A DNA stretch of 64,000 nt from an uncultured Bacilli bacterium (GTDB lineage Bacteria; Bacillota_I; Bacilli_A; RF39; UBA660). How positions within the stretch are numbered: position 1 is the first letter of the stretch; each line of letters opens with the position of its first letter. The DNA lies in assembly GCA_934141245.1 (NCBI GenBank), contig CAKPCB010000003.1, positions 66,596 through 130,595 of the forward strand, written 5' to 3'. Below the pieces are notes generated by a model. It searched no databases, was not told the DNA's origin, and saw only the letters and a program-made list of their open reading frames with translations. Shown in pieces: positions 30,633 through 40,709 of this stretch. The position numbers and the translations under genes were made by a program.

Positions 30633-30986
30633 ATGGTAATTTTTAGAAAAAGATTAAAAGAAATTCGTATCAAAAAAGGACTTACACAAGAGCAACTTGG
30701 TATTAATGTATTTCTCAGTAAAGGAGAAATTTGTTCTTATGAAAAAGGAAAACGTATACCACCATTAGATGTATTAATTAGATTAGCTGATTTTCTAGAA
30801 GTAGATTTCTTGTGGTTAATTGGTATGGAGCTTCAATGTGCAAAAGATGAAAATAAATTGGTTAATTTATCTGAAGATGATTTAAAAATTATTACAGCAT
30901 TGAAAAAGGATCCAGAATTGTATGAAAAATTTTTACAAAATCCAGATAGAATAATAGCACAAATTAGTGGTTCAATTATTAAGTAA
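30633..30986 (+). CDS. XRE-family HTH transcriptional regulator
   Basis: N-terminal HTH_XRE (LKEIRIKKGLTQEQLG…). Confidence 0.65.
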   Translation: MVIFRKRLKEIRIKKGLTQEQLGINVFLSKGEICSYEKGKRIPPLDVLIRLADFLEVDFLWLIGMELQCAKDENKLVNLSEDDLKIITALKKDPELYEKFLQNPDRIIAQISGSIIK

Positions 30987-31041
30987 TATATGAAAAATTA
31001 GTTTTTTCAGGCATATAATTGTTTTGATTAAAGGTGATAAT

Positions 31042-32343
31042 ATGCTTAAAGTATTAACAAATCTTTTATGGGTGATTGCTATATTGTTGTTGTTTGGTGG
31101 TGGAATATTTTTTAGCGTTAAAATGGGTTTTCCACAATTAAGGTTTAAAAAGTTATTTTTGGGCTTTAAAAATAAAAATTCAACTGGTGTTTCACCATTT
31201 AAAAGTTTAACGGTTTCATTGGCGGCAAGAATAGGAGTTGGTTCATTAGCTGGTATTGCTTTGTCAATATATATAGGTGGTCCGGGGAGTATTTTTTGGA
31301 TATGGGTTGTAGGAATAATTACATCTATAAATACATTCTGTGAAAGCTATTTAGGATTAAAATATCAGAAAAAATTGAATAACGAATATATAGGTGGTCC
31401 ATATTTTTATATATTAAATGGTCTAAAAAGTAAAAAGCTTGCTATACTATATGCCTTAATAGTTATAATTGCTTATATTATTGGATTTATGGGTATTCAA
31501 GCAAATACCATAGTATTATCTTTTACAAAGTTTTCAAATATTAATATAGTTGCTGTAAGCTTGGTATTAGTGTTTATATGTGCAATTTCTATTATGAAAG
31601 GTATAGATAGGATAGTAGAAATAACAGGAAAAATTGTTCCAATCATGGGTATAGGTTATATATTTTTGAGTGTAGTAATAATATTAAAAAATATTGAAAT
31701 ATTACCTAGTGTGATATTAAATATTTTTACAAGTGCTTTTAATTTTAAGGCTTTTGGATGGGGTATATTTACTAGTTTTATTATAGGAATCCAAAGAGGA
31801 GTTTTTTCTACAGAAGCAGGTCTTGGAACTGGAGCTATTGCAACTTCTTCTACGGGGACTAGAAATAAAATAGAAGTGGGTTTAATGCAAATCGTTGGAA
31901 TATATTTTACCGTATTTATTGTATGTAGTGCTACTGCACTCATGATATTAACTTCAAACTATCAGAATATTGATATTAATGTTGTAAATGGTATTGAATT
32001 AACCCAATATGCATTAAATTATCATTTAGGTGGATATGGTGAAATTACACTTGTTATTATTGTTATTTTTCTAGCTTATTCTACAATTGTAGCAGGATAT
32101 TATTATGGAGAAAGTTCTTTGAAATTTCTAATCAATAATATTAAAAATTGGCATATTTCATTATTGAAGATGTTTACTATTTTATTTTTATTTGTGGGCT
32201 GTTTTATAGTTCCTGATAGTATATGGAAGATAATAGATATATTTGTGGCTATTCTAGCAATTATTAACATGTATACTTTAATTAAATTAAGTGATAAAAT
32301 AATAGGTGATTTAAATAAATATAAAAGAAATAGTTTGGAGTAA
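31042..32343 (+). CDS. Alanine/glycine:cation symporter (AGCS family)
   Basis: AGCS signature …GVSPFKSLTVSLAARIGVGSLAGIALSIYIGGPGSIFWIWV… Multi-TM. Confidence 0.8.
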   Translation: MLKVLTNLLWVIAILLLFGGGIFFSVKMGFPQLRFKKLFLGFKNKNSTGVSPFKSLTVSLAARIGVGSLAGIALSIYIGGPGSIFWIWVVGIITSINTFCESYLGLKYQKKLNNEYIGGPYFYILNGLKSKKLAILYALIVIIAYIIGFMGIQANTIVLSFTKFSNINIVAVSLVLVFICAISIMKGIDRIVEITGKIVPIMGIGYIFLSVVIILKNIEILPSVILNIFTSAFNFKAFGWGIFTSFIIGIQRGVFSTEAGLGTGAIATSSTGTRNKIEVGLMQIVGIYFTVFIVCSATALMILTSNYQNIDINVVNGIELTQYALNYHLGGYGEITLVIIVIFLAYSTIVAGYYYGESSLKFLINNIKNWHISLLKMFTILFLFVGCFIVPDSIWKIIDIFVAILAIINMYTLIKLSDKIIGDLNKYKRNSLE

Positions 32344-32346
32344 AAT

Positions 32347-33009
32347 ATGTTTGGAAATGATTGGGATCAGATTTTAAAAGATGAGATATTACAAGAGTAT
32401 TTTAAAAATATAATAAAAAAAGTGAATAGTGAATATAATTTGAAAACAATATTTCCTCCTAAGGAGGATGTATTTAAAGCATTTAGAGAAACTTCTTATA
32501 GTAACACAAAAGTTGTAATACTAGGCCAAGATCCATATCATGGCTATGGTCAAGCTGAGGGACTATCATTTTCTGTAAGAAAAGGAATTCCTAAGCCCCC
32601 TTCACTTCAAAATATTTTTAAAGAATTAAACAATGATTTAGGAATTGAAATTCCATCACATGGCAGTCTTGTTAGTTGGGCAGAAGAAGGAGTACTACTA
32701 TTAAATACAGTGTTAACAGTCGAAGAAGGAAAACCAGCTTCTCATAAGGACATTGGATGGGAAAAATTTACAGACACTGTTATAAAAAAAATAAATGAAA
32801 AAGCAACACCAGTAGTTTTTATTCTATGGGGAAGTTTTGCACGTACTAAGAAATCTTTAATAACTAATCCAATACATTATATTATTGAGTCTCCACATCC
32901 TTCACCATTTTCTGCATATAGTGGCTTTTTTGGAAGTAAACCCTTTTCAAAGACAAATGCCTTTCTAATCTCTAAAGGTATTGCTCCAATTAATTGGTCT
33001 ATTAAATAA
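32347..33009 (+). CDS. ung: Uracil-DNA glycosylase
   Basis: VVILGQDPYHGYGQAEGLSFSV (water-activating loop) and HPSP C-terminal motif. Confidence 0.9.
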   Translation: MFGNDWDQILKDEILQEYFKNIIKKVNSEYNLKTIFPPKEDVFKAFRETSYSNTKVVILGQDPYHGYGQAEGLSFSVRKGIPKPPSLQNIFKELNNDLGIEIPSHGSLVSWAEEGVLLLNTVLTVEEGKPASHKDIGWEKFTDTVIKKINEKATPVVFILWGSFARTKKSLITNPIHYIIESPHPSPFSAYSGFFGSKPFSKTNAFLISKGIAPINWSIK

Positions 33010-33010
33010 A

Positions 33011-33050
33011 AAATGAATTTAAAACATATTAAATTCATTTTATTTTTTAT
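33011..33050. terminator. Bidirectional terminator between ung (+) and the convergent minus-strand gene
   Basis: AAATGAATTTAA-aacata-TTAAATTCATTT with T-runs on both strands. Confidence 0.5.
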
Positions 33051-33594
33051 TATTTTTTAATATTTCAAATTCAACTTCTTTTTGAAAAGAAAACACTTCA
33101 AGTTTAGTATATTTCTTAATTGCTTTAATAAACAAATTTTTAAATTTTTTAATATCGTTATTAAAGGTTTCAACTTCTTTATTATAAAAAAGTTTTAATG
33201 CCTTAATCTCTATCTCATTATTATTTAATAAATTAATCATATTTTGAGTTTCAGTTTCTTCAACTTTAATGTTATTATTTTCTATATATTTGTCTAATAG
33301 TAATTTAGTGTTATATAATTCTTTTTCTAATTCTATTATTGTTAATTTTTTGTTTTTAATTTTAGAAATATTTGTTATAACATTTTTTGCTTCATCACTG
33401 TCATCATTTAGACTTTTTGAAATTTTAGTTAGAAGTTCTAATTTCTTTTCAAGTAAAATTGTTATATCCTTTGTAGCTTCTTCAATCTTAACATTGATGA
33501 CATCAAAATAAAGAGCTTTATCTTTTTCAAGTATAATTATTAGTAATATAATAAAAATAATTCCTATTATGACATATTCTAACAAAAAAATCAC
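33040..33594 (-). CDS. Hypothetical membrane-anchored coiled-coil protein
   Basis: N-terminal TM (IIGIIFIILLIIIL) followed by Lys/Glu-rich heptad-like sequence. Confidence 0.4.
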   Translation of the reverse strand: MIFLLEYVIIGIIFIILLIIILEKDKALYFDVINVKIEEATKDITILLEKKLELLTKISKSLNDDSDEAKNVITNISKIKNKKLTIIELEKELYNTKLLLDKYIENNNIKVEETETQNMINLLNNNEIEIKALKLFYNKEVETFNNDIKKFKNLFIKAIKKYTKLEVFSFQKEVEFEILKNNKK

Positions 33595-33660
33595 CTCTAT
33601 TGTTAATAGTATATCATGAACTTTTAAATCATTAAAGTGATTTTTAAATTATTGTTATTT

Positions 33661-33966
33661 CTAAAATTCGATATAGTTAACATAAATATTTGGTAATATT
33701 TGTTCAACATTATTTTTTTCTGTTATAAGTATATAGTCATTCCCTATAGTAGATATTTTCCCTTCAAAAATTTTATCACGCCATTCTATGGAGTCCGGAA
33801 ATGACATATATATTCTAGCATTTGCTCCTATTTTTGATTGTAATAATGATGTCATATATGGATATTTCATTTCTTGAGTTGAGTTATTATTTGTATTTAA
33901 TGTATTTCCATTTATAGGTGGATATGTTGATTCAAAATTTGTTGGTGGATAGTAACTATTGTTCAT
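33661..33966 (-). CDS. GerQ/YwdL-family spore coat protein-like
   Basis: C-terminal block ARIYMSFPDSIEWRDKIFEGKISTIGNDYILITEKNNVEQILPNIYVNYIEF matches the GerQ pattern (…TYENNKEWNAKTVRGIIEAAGRDHIVISD…NLAYVTF). N-terminal Pro/Asn/Tyr-rich region. Confidence 0.45.
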   Translation of the reverse strand: MNNSYYPPTNFESTYPPINGNTLNTNNNSTQEMKYPYMTSLLQSKIGANARIYMSFPDSIEWRDKIFEGKISTIGNDYILITEKNNVEQILPNIYVNYIEF

Positions 33967-34050
33967 ATTAATCTTTCCTTTCTTAAACTACAATATATTG
34001 TATGAAAACTATATCTTAATATGATATAATTTATTTAAGGAGAGAATAGT

Positions 34051-34611
34051 ATGAATATAAAAATTGGCGTATCAAATAGACATGTTCATTTAAGTAATGA
34101 AGATTTTACTATTTTATTTGGAAATAAATCACTTGAAAAATATAAAGATCTTAGTCAACCTGGGCAATTTGCATCAACATCCATTGTTACATTAAAAACT
34201 AATAAATCAATAATAGAAAATGTTAGAGTGGTTGGACCACTTCGTAGTTATACACAAGTTGAAATATCTAAGACGGATAGCTATAAACTTGGAATAAATC
34301 CACCTATTAGAAATTCTGGTGATTTAAAGGATGCAGAAGAAATAACAATAATTGGACCAAATGGCTCTATCACTAAAAAATGTTGCATAATAGCGACAAG
34401 ACATATTCACATATCTTTAGAGCAACTAAAAACTCTAAATCTTTCTGATAGAGAGTTTGTTGATATATTTATACCAGGTGAAAAGAGTACCATATTGAAG
34501 GATGTTTATCTAAAGTCGTCTGCTGTTGCTACTCTAGAACTGCATTTAGATACTGATGATGCAAATGGATGCTTAGTAAAAAATGGAGATATAGCTAGAA
34601 TTATTATTTAG
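34051..34611 (+). CDS. pduL: PduL/EutD-type phosphate acyltransferase
   Basis: Two PduL repeats (GVSNRHVHLS…; ATRHIHIS…). Stand-alone, with no pdu or eut neighbours. Confidence 0.7.
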   Translation: MNIKIGVSNRHVHLSNEDFTILFGNKSLEKYKDLSQPGQFASTSIVTLKTNKSIIENVRVVGPLRSYTQVEISKTDSYKLGINPPIRNSGDLKDAEEITIIGPNGSITKKCCIIATRHIHISLEQLKTLNLSDREFVDIFIPGEKSTILKDVYLKSSAVATLELHLDTDDANGCLVKNGDIARIII

Positions 34612-36551
34612 TTTTTTTCTGTTTCATCAAAAGCAGCTTCTTCACCTGTTGGTTCAGTTCCTTTTAAATAATACATAATCTTTTTATGTTTTGTTTGATC
34701 AGTTGCAGGTTTTCCAGTGATTGGATCCACAAGGCATCCCACGACATTATTTGGTTTTTCATACCAAATTTTTTCTTTGTCCTTTAAATATGATTCCATA
34801 GAATCTATCCATATATTTTTAGCAATTGAATATTTAGTAGTTTTAATTGCTGCATTATTATCATATCCTACCCAAACTGAGGTAACTGCTTGTGGTGTAT
34901 ATCCAATTGTCCAAAGATCTGTAGCTGTTGTTCCACTTTTGACTGCATATTTTCTACTCATTTTAGCTGCTAATGAAAGGATTGTTGGATAATTATAATC
35001 AATAAAGTCTGAATCATATGTAGATGTTAATAATTGATTTAGTATGTAAACTAAACTTTGATTTAATATCATTTCTTTTTCATATTTAAATTCATATAAA
35101 ACTTTTCCGTTTAGATCCTCAACTCTTTCAATTAGATGTGGTTTTATTTTATAACCTTCATTTGCAAAACTTGCATATGCAGTACTCATTTCAATAATAT
35201 TTATTTCATCAGTACCAAGTGGTAAGGATGGATTAGCATTGATTTTTGCAGTAATACCTAATCTTTTAGACATGTTTACTAGTGTATCTTCTCCAAGAAA
35301 CATATGGGTTTTAACTGCGTATATATTTTCTGAATATGCTATTGCAGCAGCAAGTGATATAGGCATATGTCCATATATTTCATTAGCATTTTTTGGTGAA
35401 TAAGTTGATTTGTTTGAAAATGTAAATGTTGTTTGTTCACTTGTAAATGCAGTAGAAGATGTAAATCCATTTTCTAGTGCAGCATAATATAGAAATGCTT
35501 TCATTGTAGATCCTACTTGTCTTATTGAATCAGTTGCTCTATTATAGGTTGATTTTTCATATTCATTACCTCCAATAAGTGCTAAAATATTACCATTTGA
35601 TGGATCTATTGTAACGGAAGCAACTTGCAAATCTTTATCTTTTAAGTTCTTATTTATACTATTTTCTAAAGCTGTTTGTGCATTTACATCTAATGTGGTA
35701 TATACCTTTAAACCTCCTGTGTCTAAAAAGGATGTTGGAATTTCTTTTATCTCTTTCAATTCTTTAAAAACAGCATCTTTAAAGTACAAAACACTAGTAA
35801 GCTGAGTTTCGTATTTTTTTCCGTAAAATGTTAATTCTTCCTTTTCTGCCGTCTCCTTTTCTTCCTCTGTTATATATTTGTTTTTAACCATATTTTGCAA
35901 TATTAGTGATTGCCTAGATTTAGCTAGTTCTTTATTAACAAGTGGTGAAAAATTAGCGGGTGACTTTGGTATTCCTGCCAACATACTTGCTTCTGCTAGA
36001 GATAAGTCTTTTGCACTTTTATTAAAATAATAATTTGCAGCTTTTTCTATTCCGTACATACCATGTCCATAATTTATAGTGTTTAAGTATCCCTCTAATA
36101 TTTCATCCTTTGTATAATGTATTTCCATATTTAAAGTTAACCACATTTCATTCCATTTTCTTTCCCAAGTCTTATCAAAGTCTAGAAATAAATTTTTAAC
36201 GTATTGTTGAGATATTGTGGATGCTCCTTGTTTTGTTTTTCCGGATATAATATTTGTGTATCCTGCTTTTATAATTCTTGGTATATCAAATCCAAAATGT
36301 TTATAGAAGTTTTTATCTTCTGTTGATATTGTTGCATCTATTATATTTTGTGAAATTTCACTAAGTGTAACCCATTTGTTTGTACCATTCCCTTGAAAAA
36401 ACACTTCATTATTATTGTCATATAATGATATGTTATTAGCACTATTTATTTCAAGAGAAGTATTTAATTTTGAATATCCATATCCACATAGACAAACACA
36501 TAGAATAATTAAAAAAATAAACAACGAGTATTTAAAAATTTTTTTAATCAT
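34608..36551 (-). CDS. Class A penicillin-binding protein (glycosyltransferase + transpeptidase)
   Basis: GT51 motifs (TISTEDKNFYKHFG, GASTISQQYVKN). A transpeptidase module including an SxxK-type STMK motif (…VGSTMKAF…). N-terminal TM. Confidence 0.85.
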   Translation of the reverse strand: MIKKIFKYSLFIFLIILCVCLCGYGYSKLNTSLEINSANNISLYDNNNEVFFQGNGTNKWVTLSEISQNIIDATISTEDKNFYKHFGFDIPRIIKAGYTNIISGKTKQGASTISQQYVKNLFLDFDKTWERKWNEMWLTLNMEIHYTKDEILEGYLNTINYGHGMYGIEKAANYYFNKSAKDLSLAEASMLAGIPKSPANFSPLVNKELAKSRQSLILQNMVKNKYITEEEKETAEKEELTFYGKKYETQLTSVLYFKDAVFKELKEIKEIPTSFLDTGGLKVYTTLDVNAQTALENSINKNLKDKDLQVASVTIDPSNGNILALIGGNEYEKSTYNRATDSIRQVGSTMKAFLYYAALENGFTSSTAFTSEQTTFTFSNKSTYSPKNANEIYGHMPISLAAAIAYSENIYAVKTHMFLGEDTLVNMSKRLGITAKINANPSLPLGTDEINIIEMSTAYASFANEGYKIKPHLIERVEDLNGKVLYEFKYEKEMILNQSLVYILNQLLTSTYDSDFIDYNYPTILSLAAKMSRKYAVKSGTTATDLWTIGYTPQAVTSVWVGYDNNAAIKTTKYSIAKNIWIDSMESYLKDKEKIWYEKPNNVVGCLVDPITGKPATDQTKHKKIMYYLKGTEPTGEEAAFDETEKN

Positions 36552-36658
36552 ATTATCTCTCCTTAAAGTTGATGCTATTTTTATTATGAAAAAAAAATAA
36601 AATATTATGTGTTAATTATTTTTTTATGATATATTAATGTTTATATGCGAGGTTAATT

Positions 36659-37003
36659 ATGAAAAGTGTATTTGTAGTAAGATTAAATGATCAAAAATAC
36701 ATAGTTAAAGGAATAATAGATAGAAAAAGAAATATACTAACTTACGTAGATAAGGATAGTTCAATCATTAAAATTGATTTAGAAAAAAAGTGCTTAAAAA
36801 AGAATACGATAAATTCTATAATAAATATTGATTTTTCTTTAAAATCTGAGGTTAAAGTAAAGATATATTTTAAAGATATAAATAAAGAAATTGTATCTAT
36901 TGGTAAAATAAAAAAAATAGAGTATAATGAACTGATTTTTACATTAAACTATTTTCTTTATGATGCTGAAGAAATATATTATTCTTTAAAAATTATAAAA
37001 TGA
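36659..37003 (+). CDS. Hypothetical protein (114 aa)
   Basis: ORF with a plausible RBS. No recognisable motif. Upstream of rpoE. Confidence 0.35.
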   Translation: MKSVFVVRLNDQKYIVKGIIDRKRNILTYVDKDSSIIKIDLEKKCLKKNTINSIINIDFSLKSEVKVKIYFKDINKEIVSIGKIKKIEYNELIFTLNYFLYDAEEIYYSLKIIK

Positions 37004-37111
37004 TATAAAAAGTGTTGCTTTTGATGTAAATTAATGATATAAAAATATATGATTTATTAAAGAGACCTAATAGTAATTTATGCATATAATGATATTCGTA
37101 GGAGGATGTAT

Positions 37112-37555
37112 ATGAAAGTAAAAGATATGAAGAAAGAAGAATTAGAATTATTGTCATATAAAGATATTACTAATTTGTTGTTAAATGAAAAGCCTAAGCA
37201 AAATACAGCTGAATTATTTAGGCAAATAGTAGATGCATTAGAATTACCTAAATCTGTATTTGAATCAAAGATTGGTGATTATTATATGATGCTTACTACT
37301 GATAAAAGATTTATTTTACTAGAGGATGGTTGTTGGGATTTAAGAAGTAGACATACTTCTGATAAAATCGTAAAAATTGAAGAAGATGATGATGAGCTTG
37401 ATCAAGAAGAAATGTCAGTAAAATCAAAAGATGAACAGAGTGATGAAGATGAGTCATATGATATAGATAATGATAATACTGATGATGATTTTGATGATGA
37501 TGATGATGACTTAAAAGATTTAGTTATTCTTGATGAGGAAGAATTGGAACAATAA
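37112..37555 (+). CDS. rpoE: DNA-directed RNA polymerase delta subunit
   Basis: HARE-HTH N-terminus (…ELFRQIVDALEL…) and a long poly-Asp/Glu C-terminal tail. GGAGG RBS lies 6 nt upstream of the 37112 ATG. Confidence 0.8.
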   Translation: MKVKDMKKEELELLSYKDITNLLLNEKPKQNTAELFRQIVDALELPKSVFESKIGDYYMMLTTDKRFILLEDGCWDLRSRHTSDKIVKIEEDDDELDQEEMSVKSKDEQSDEDESYDIDNDNTDDDFDDDDDDLKDLVILDEEELEQ

Positions 37556-37629
37556 GAAGGCTTTTATTAAGTCTTTTTTGTTCCTTATGTAGACTTCATA
37601 TGTTATAATTATAAAAGAGGTGATTGTGC

Positions 37630-38688
37630 ATGATAGATAGGCTTGAGATATTAAAAAAGAGATATGACGAATTAAATGAACAATTAATGGATCCTAATAA
37701 TTTATCGGATATAAAAAAAACAAGAGAAATTTCAAAAGAAATGTCAAATTTAGAAGAAACAGTAACTTGTTATGAAGAATATAAAAAGATTTTAAAAAAT
37801 ATAGAAGAAGATAAAGAACTATTAAAAGATGCAGAATTAGGTCAATTTGCTGAGGATGAGATAAAGGGCTTAGAAGAAGAAAAAGAAAAACTAGAAAAAA
37901 AACTTGAAATTTTATTAATACCAAAAGATCCTAACGATGGTAAGAATGTTATAGTTGAAATTAGAGGAGCTGCTGGTGGTGATGAAGCCAACATTTTTGC
38001 CGGTGATTTATATAGAATGTATACAAAGTATGCAGAAAAGCAAGGTTGGAAAATAGAAGTTATTACTGAGGAATACTCGGAAGGCGGAGGTTTTTCTTTA
38101 GTAAGTTTTATGGTAAAGGGAAATAACGTATATTCAAAATTGAAATATGAGAGTGGTGCACACAGGGTTCAAAGAGTTCCAATTACTGAAACACAAGGCA
38201 GAGTTCATACTTCAACGGCAACAGTTTTAGTTATGCCTGAAGCAGAGGAATTTGATTTTCAGCTAGATATGTCTGAAGTAAGAATTGATATAACTCGTTC
38301 ATCTGGATGCGGAGGACAGGGAGTAAATACAACTGATTCTGCAGTAAGGGCGACTCATATTCCTACTGGAATTATAGTTTATTGCCAGGTTGGTAGAAGT
38401 CAAATTCAAAATAAAGAGATGGCATTGAAAACCCTACAAACAAGACTATATAATTTGAAGTTGCAAGAAAAAGAAGAAAAAGAAGGCACTGAAAGAAGAA
38501 ATAAAATTGGTACTGGAGATAGATCAGAGAAGATAAGAACATATAATTATCCACAAAACAGAGTTACTGATCATAGAATTGGTTTTACTTTGATGCAATT
38601 AGATAGGGTCATGGAAGGTGATTTGGATCAAATTATAGAAGCTTTAATAACTGAAGATCAAAGAAGAAAACTAGAAGGCCAAGATTAA
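37630..38688 (+). CDS. prfA: Peptide chain release factor 1
   Basis: GGQ motif (SSGCGGQGVNTTDSAVR), P(I)T anticodon loop, and prmC immediately downstream. The likely start is the ATG at 37630, inside the longer ORF opening at a TTG at 37624. Confidence 0.9.
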   Translation: MIDRLEILKKRYDELNEQLMDPNNLSDIKKTREISKEMSNLEETVTCYEEYKKILKNIEEDKELLKDAELGQFAEDEIKGLEEEKEKLEKKLEILLIPKDPNDGKNVIVEIRGAAGGDEANIFAGDLYRMYTKYAEKQGWKIEVITEEYSEGGGFSLVSFMVKGNNVYSKLKYESGAHRVQRVPITETQGRVHTSTATVLVMPEAEEFDFQLDMSEVRIDITRSSGCGGQGVNTTDSAVRATHIPTGIIVYCQVGRSQIQNKEMALKTLQTRLYNLKLQEKEEKEGTERRNKIGTGDRSEKIRTYNYPQNRVTDHRIGFTLMQLDRVMEGDLDQIIEALITEDQRRKLEGQD

Positions 38689-39512
38689 TGACTGTTGAAG
38701 ATTTAATTGTTTATGGTAAGAAGTATCTACATACAATGGATGTGAGACTATTATTATCATTTGTTTTAGGTTACGATAATTTGGAATTGTTAAATCATTT
38801 AAATGATTTTGTAAGTGATGATATTGTTTTTAAATATAAAGATATTATAAAAAGATTATTAGATGGTGAAGCTATTCAATATATTATTGGCAATGTTAAT
38901 TTCTATGGGAACGAGTTTAAAATAAATAAAAATGTTTTAATTCCTAGGTTTGAAACAGAAGAACTTGTTGAAAAAGCCTTAAATATTTTGAATAAGAAGT
39001 TTTCTGATTATGATTCGGTCAAAATATTAGATGTGGGTTGTGGAAGTGGTGTAATAGGAATTACTCTAGATAAGCTATATAAAAAATCTATTGTCACTTG
39101 TTCAGATATAAGTCAATATGCTCTTGATACCACAGCATTAAATGCAAAACTATTAGAATCTGATGTTAATGTAATTAAAAGCGACATGTTAAAAAGCATA
39201 AATGAAAAATATGATGTCATAATAAGCAATCCTCCATATATTATGGAAGAAGAACAAATTGAATTAAAAGTAAAAAATAATGAACCACACATAGCACTAT
39301 ATGGTGGTAAAGATGGATTAAAGTATTATAGAGAAATATTGTCCACTGCAAAGAAAAATTTAAATGATAAATATTTGATTGCATTTGAAATTGGTTGGCA
39401 GCAAAAAGATGCGATTATTTCTATTGCAAAAGAATTTTTCGATAATTCAACTATTGAATGTTTTCAAGATATGTCTCAAAAAGATAGAATAATTTTAATA
39501 TATAATGTATAA
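38688..39512 (+). CDS. prmC: Release factor glutamine N5-methyltransferase (HemK)
   Basis: SAM motif (VGCGSGVIGI) and NPPY (ISNPPYI). Start overlaps the prfA stop. Confidence 0.85.
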   Translation: MTVEDLIVYGKKYLHTMDVRLLLSFVLGYDNLELLNHLNDFVSDDIVFKYKDIIKRLLDGEAIQYIIGNVNFYGNEFKINKNVLIPRFETEELVEKALNILNKKFSDYDSVKILDVGCGSGVIGITLDKLYKKSIVTCSDISQYALDTTALNAKLLESDVNVIKSDMLKSINEKYDVIISNPPYIMEEEQIELKVKNNEPHIALYGGKDGLKYYREILSTAKKNLNDKYLIAFEIGWQQKDAIISIAKEFFDNSTIECFQDMSQKDRIILIYNV

Positions 39513-39550
39513 AATATAATTTTATAAGTCATAATTAAATAGGTGATAGA

Positions 39551-40081
39551 ATGAGAAAAACATTTTTAATTTTAGCGACTATAATTATGATTTTTTTAAT
39601 TAGCAAAACAAACTATTCAGAAGAAATAATTATTCCAAATGATTCAATTAGAATAAGGGTAATCGCCAATTCTAATTCAGAATATGATCAAAAACTGAAA
39701 AAAAATGTTAAACACTCTATTCAAAAGCAGTTGTCAGAGATGTTAAAGGATGCATCTGATATTAACGAAGTAAGAGAAATATTAAAGAACAATTTAGGAA
39801 ATATTGAATATACTGTTGAAAAAGTATTTGAGAAAAACAAATATAATAATTCCTTTGAAGTTAAATATGGTTATAATTTTTTCCCTAAAAAAATATATAG
39901 GGGAATTGAATATGATGAAGGAACCTATGAATCAATTGTTATTAAAATAGGTGAATCGAAAGGAGATAATTGGTGGTGTGTATTATTTCCACCTTTATGT
40001 TTGATGGATGAAGAAGAAGAACAAATGGAAGATGTTGAGTATAAATCTTTTATAAAAGAAATTATAGATAAATATTTTTAG
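39551..40081 (+). CDS. spoIIR: Stage II sporulation protein R
   Basis: Signal peptide, …IRIRVIANSNSEYDQKLKKNV… and NWWCVLFPPLC, a SpoIIR signature. Conserved position after prmC. Confidence 0.8.
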   Translation: MRKTFLILATIIMIFLISKTNYSEEIIIPNDSIRIRVIANSNSEYDQKLKKNVKHSIQKQLSEMLKDASDINEVREILKNNLGNIEYTVEKVFEKNKYNNSFEVKYGYNFFPKKIYRGIEYDEGTYESIVIKIGESKGDNWWCVLFPPLCLMDEEEEQMEDVEYKSFIKEIIDKYF

Positions 40082-40124
40082 AATTAAATTAAATCTAATA
40101 TAGTATTATTTATAAGGTGATACT

Positions 40125-40658
40125 ATGTTAGATTTTTTTATGATATTTTTAATAGCAATAAGTTTAAGTATGGATACTTTTTCATTATCTATAATATATG
40201 GAACGCTAGGGCTTGATAAGAAAAAAATGTATACTTTAAGTTTAATTGTTGGAATATTTCACTTTTTTATGCCACTATTTGGTAGTATTATAGGTAGCTT
40301 TGTACTAGAAAAGTTGCCAATAAAACCGGATATAATAGCGGGTGTTATATTTATTATTATTTCTATTGAGATGGTTACCCAAAAAGAAAGCACATTTGAT
40401 TTAAAGAATATTTGGATGCTATTTTTGTTTGCCTTGACAGTTAGTTTAGATAGCTTTTCTGTTGGAATAGGTATTTCACTTATTATTGAAAATCATATTT
40501 TAGCATATTTTACGTTTTTCATTGTAAGTATGTTTTTTACCTTCATAGGTCTTAGATTTGGTAAGTATTTAAGTAAAAAATTAGGTAGTAGAGCTAGTTT
40601 TTTAGGAGGGCTTATATTAGGAATATTAGGTGCATTTTATATTATATCCAATATATAG
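40125..40658 (+). CDS. mntP: Putative manganese efflux pump MntP (DUF204 pair)
   Basis: Two DUF204-like repeats (LSMDTFSLSI…; VSLDSFSVGIGISLI), six TM segments. Occupies the ywlD position. Confidence 0.6.
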   Translation: MLDFFMIFLIAISLSMDTFSLSIIYGTLGLDKKKMYTLSLIVGIFHFFMPLFGSIIGSFVLEKLPIKPDIIAGVIFIIISIEMVTQKESTFDLKNIWMLFLFALTVSLDSFSVGIGISLIIENHILAYFTFFIVSMFFTFIGLRFGKYLSKKLGSRASFLGGLILGILGAFYIISNI

Positions 40659-40709
40659 AATTATTGACTATCTCACTTATAATTGTTAAAATTAAGTAGA
40701 GATGATTTA

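Noticed and set aside
37440-37540. GAT/GAA trinucleotide-rich simple repeat
   Set aside because: It is the coding sequence of the acidic C-terminal tail of RpoE, not a non-coding repeat or CRISPR-like array.
40082-40124. Possible yybP-ykoY Mn2+ riboswitch upstream of mntP
   Set aside because: The intergenic gap is only ~43 nt, too short to hold the riboswitch.
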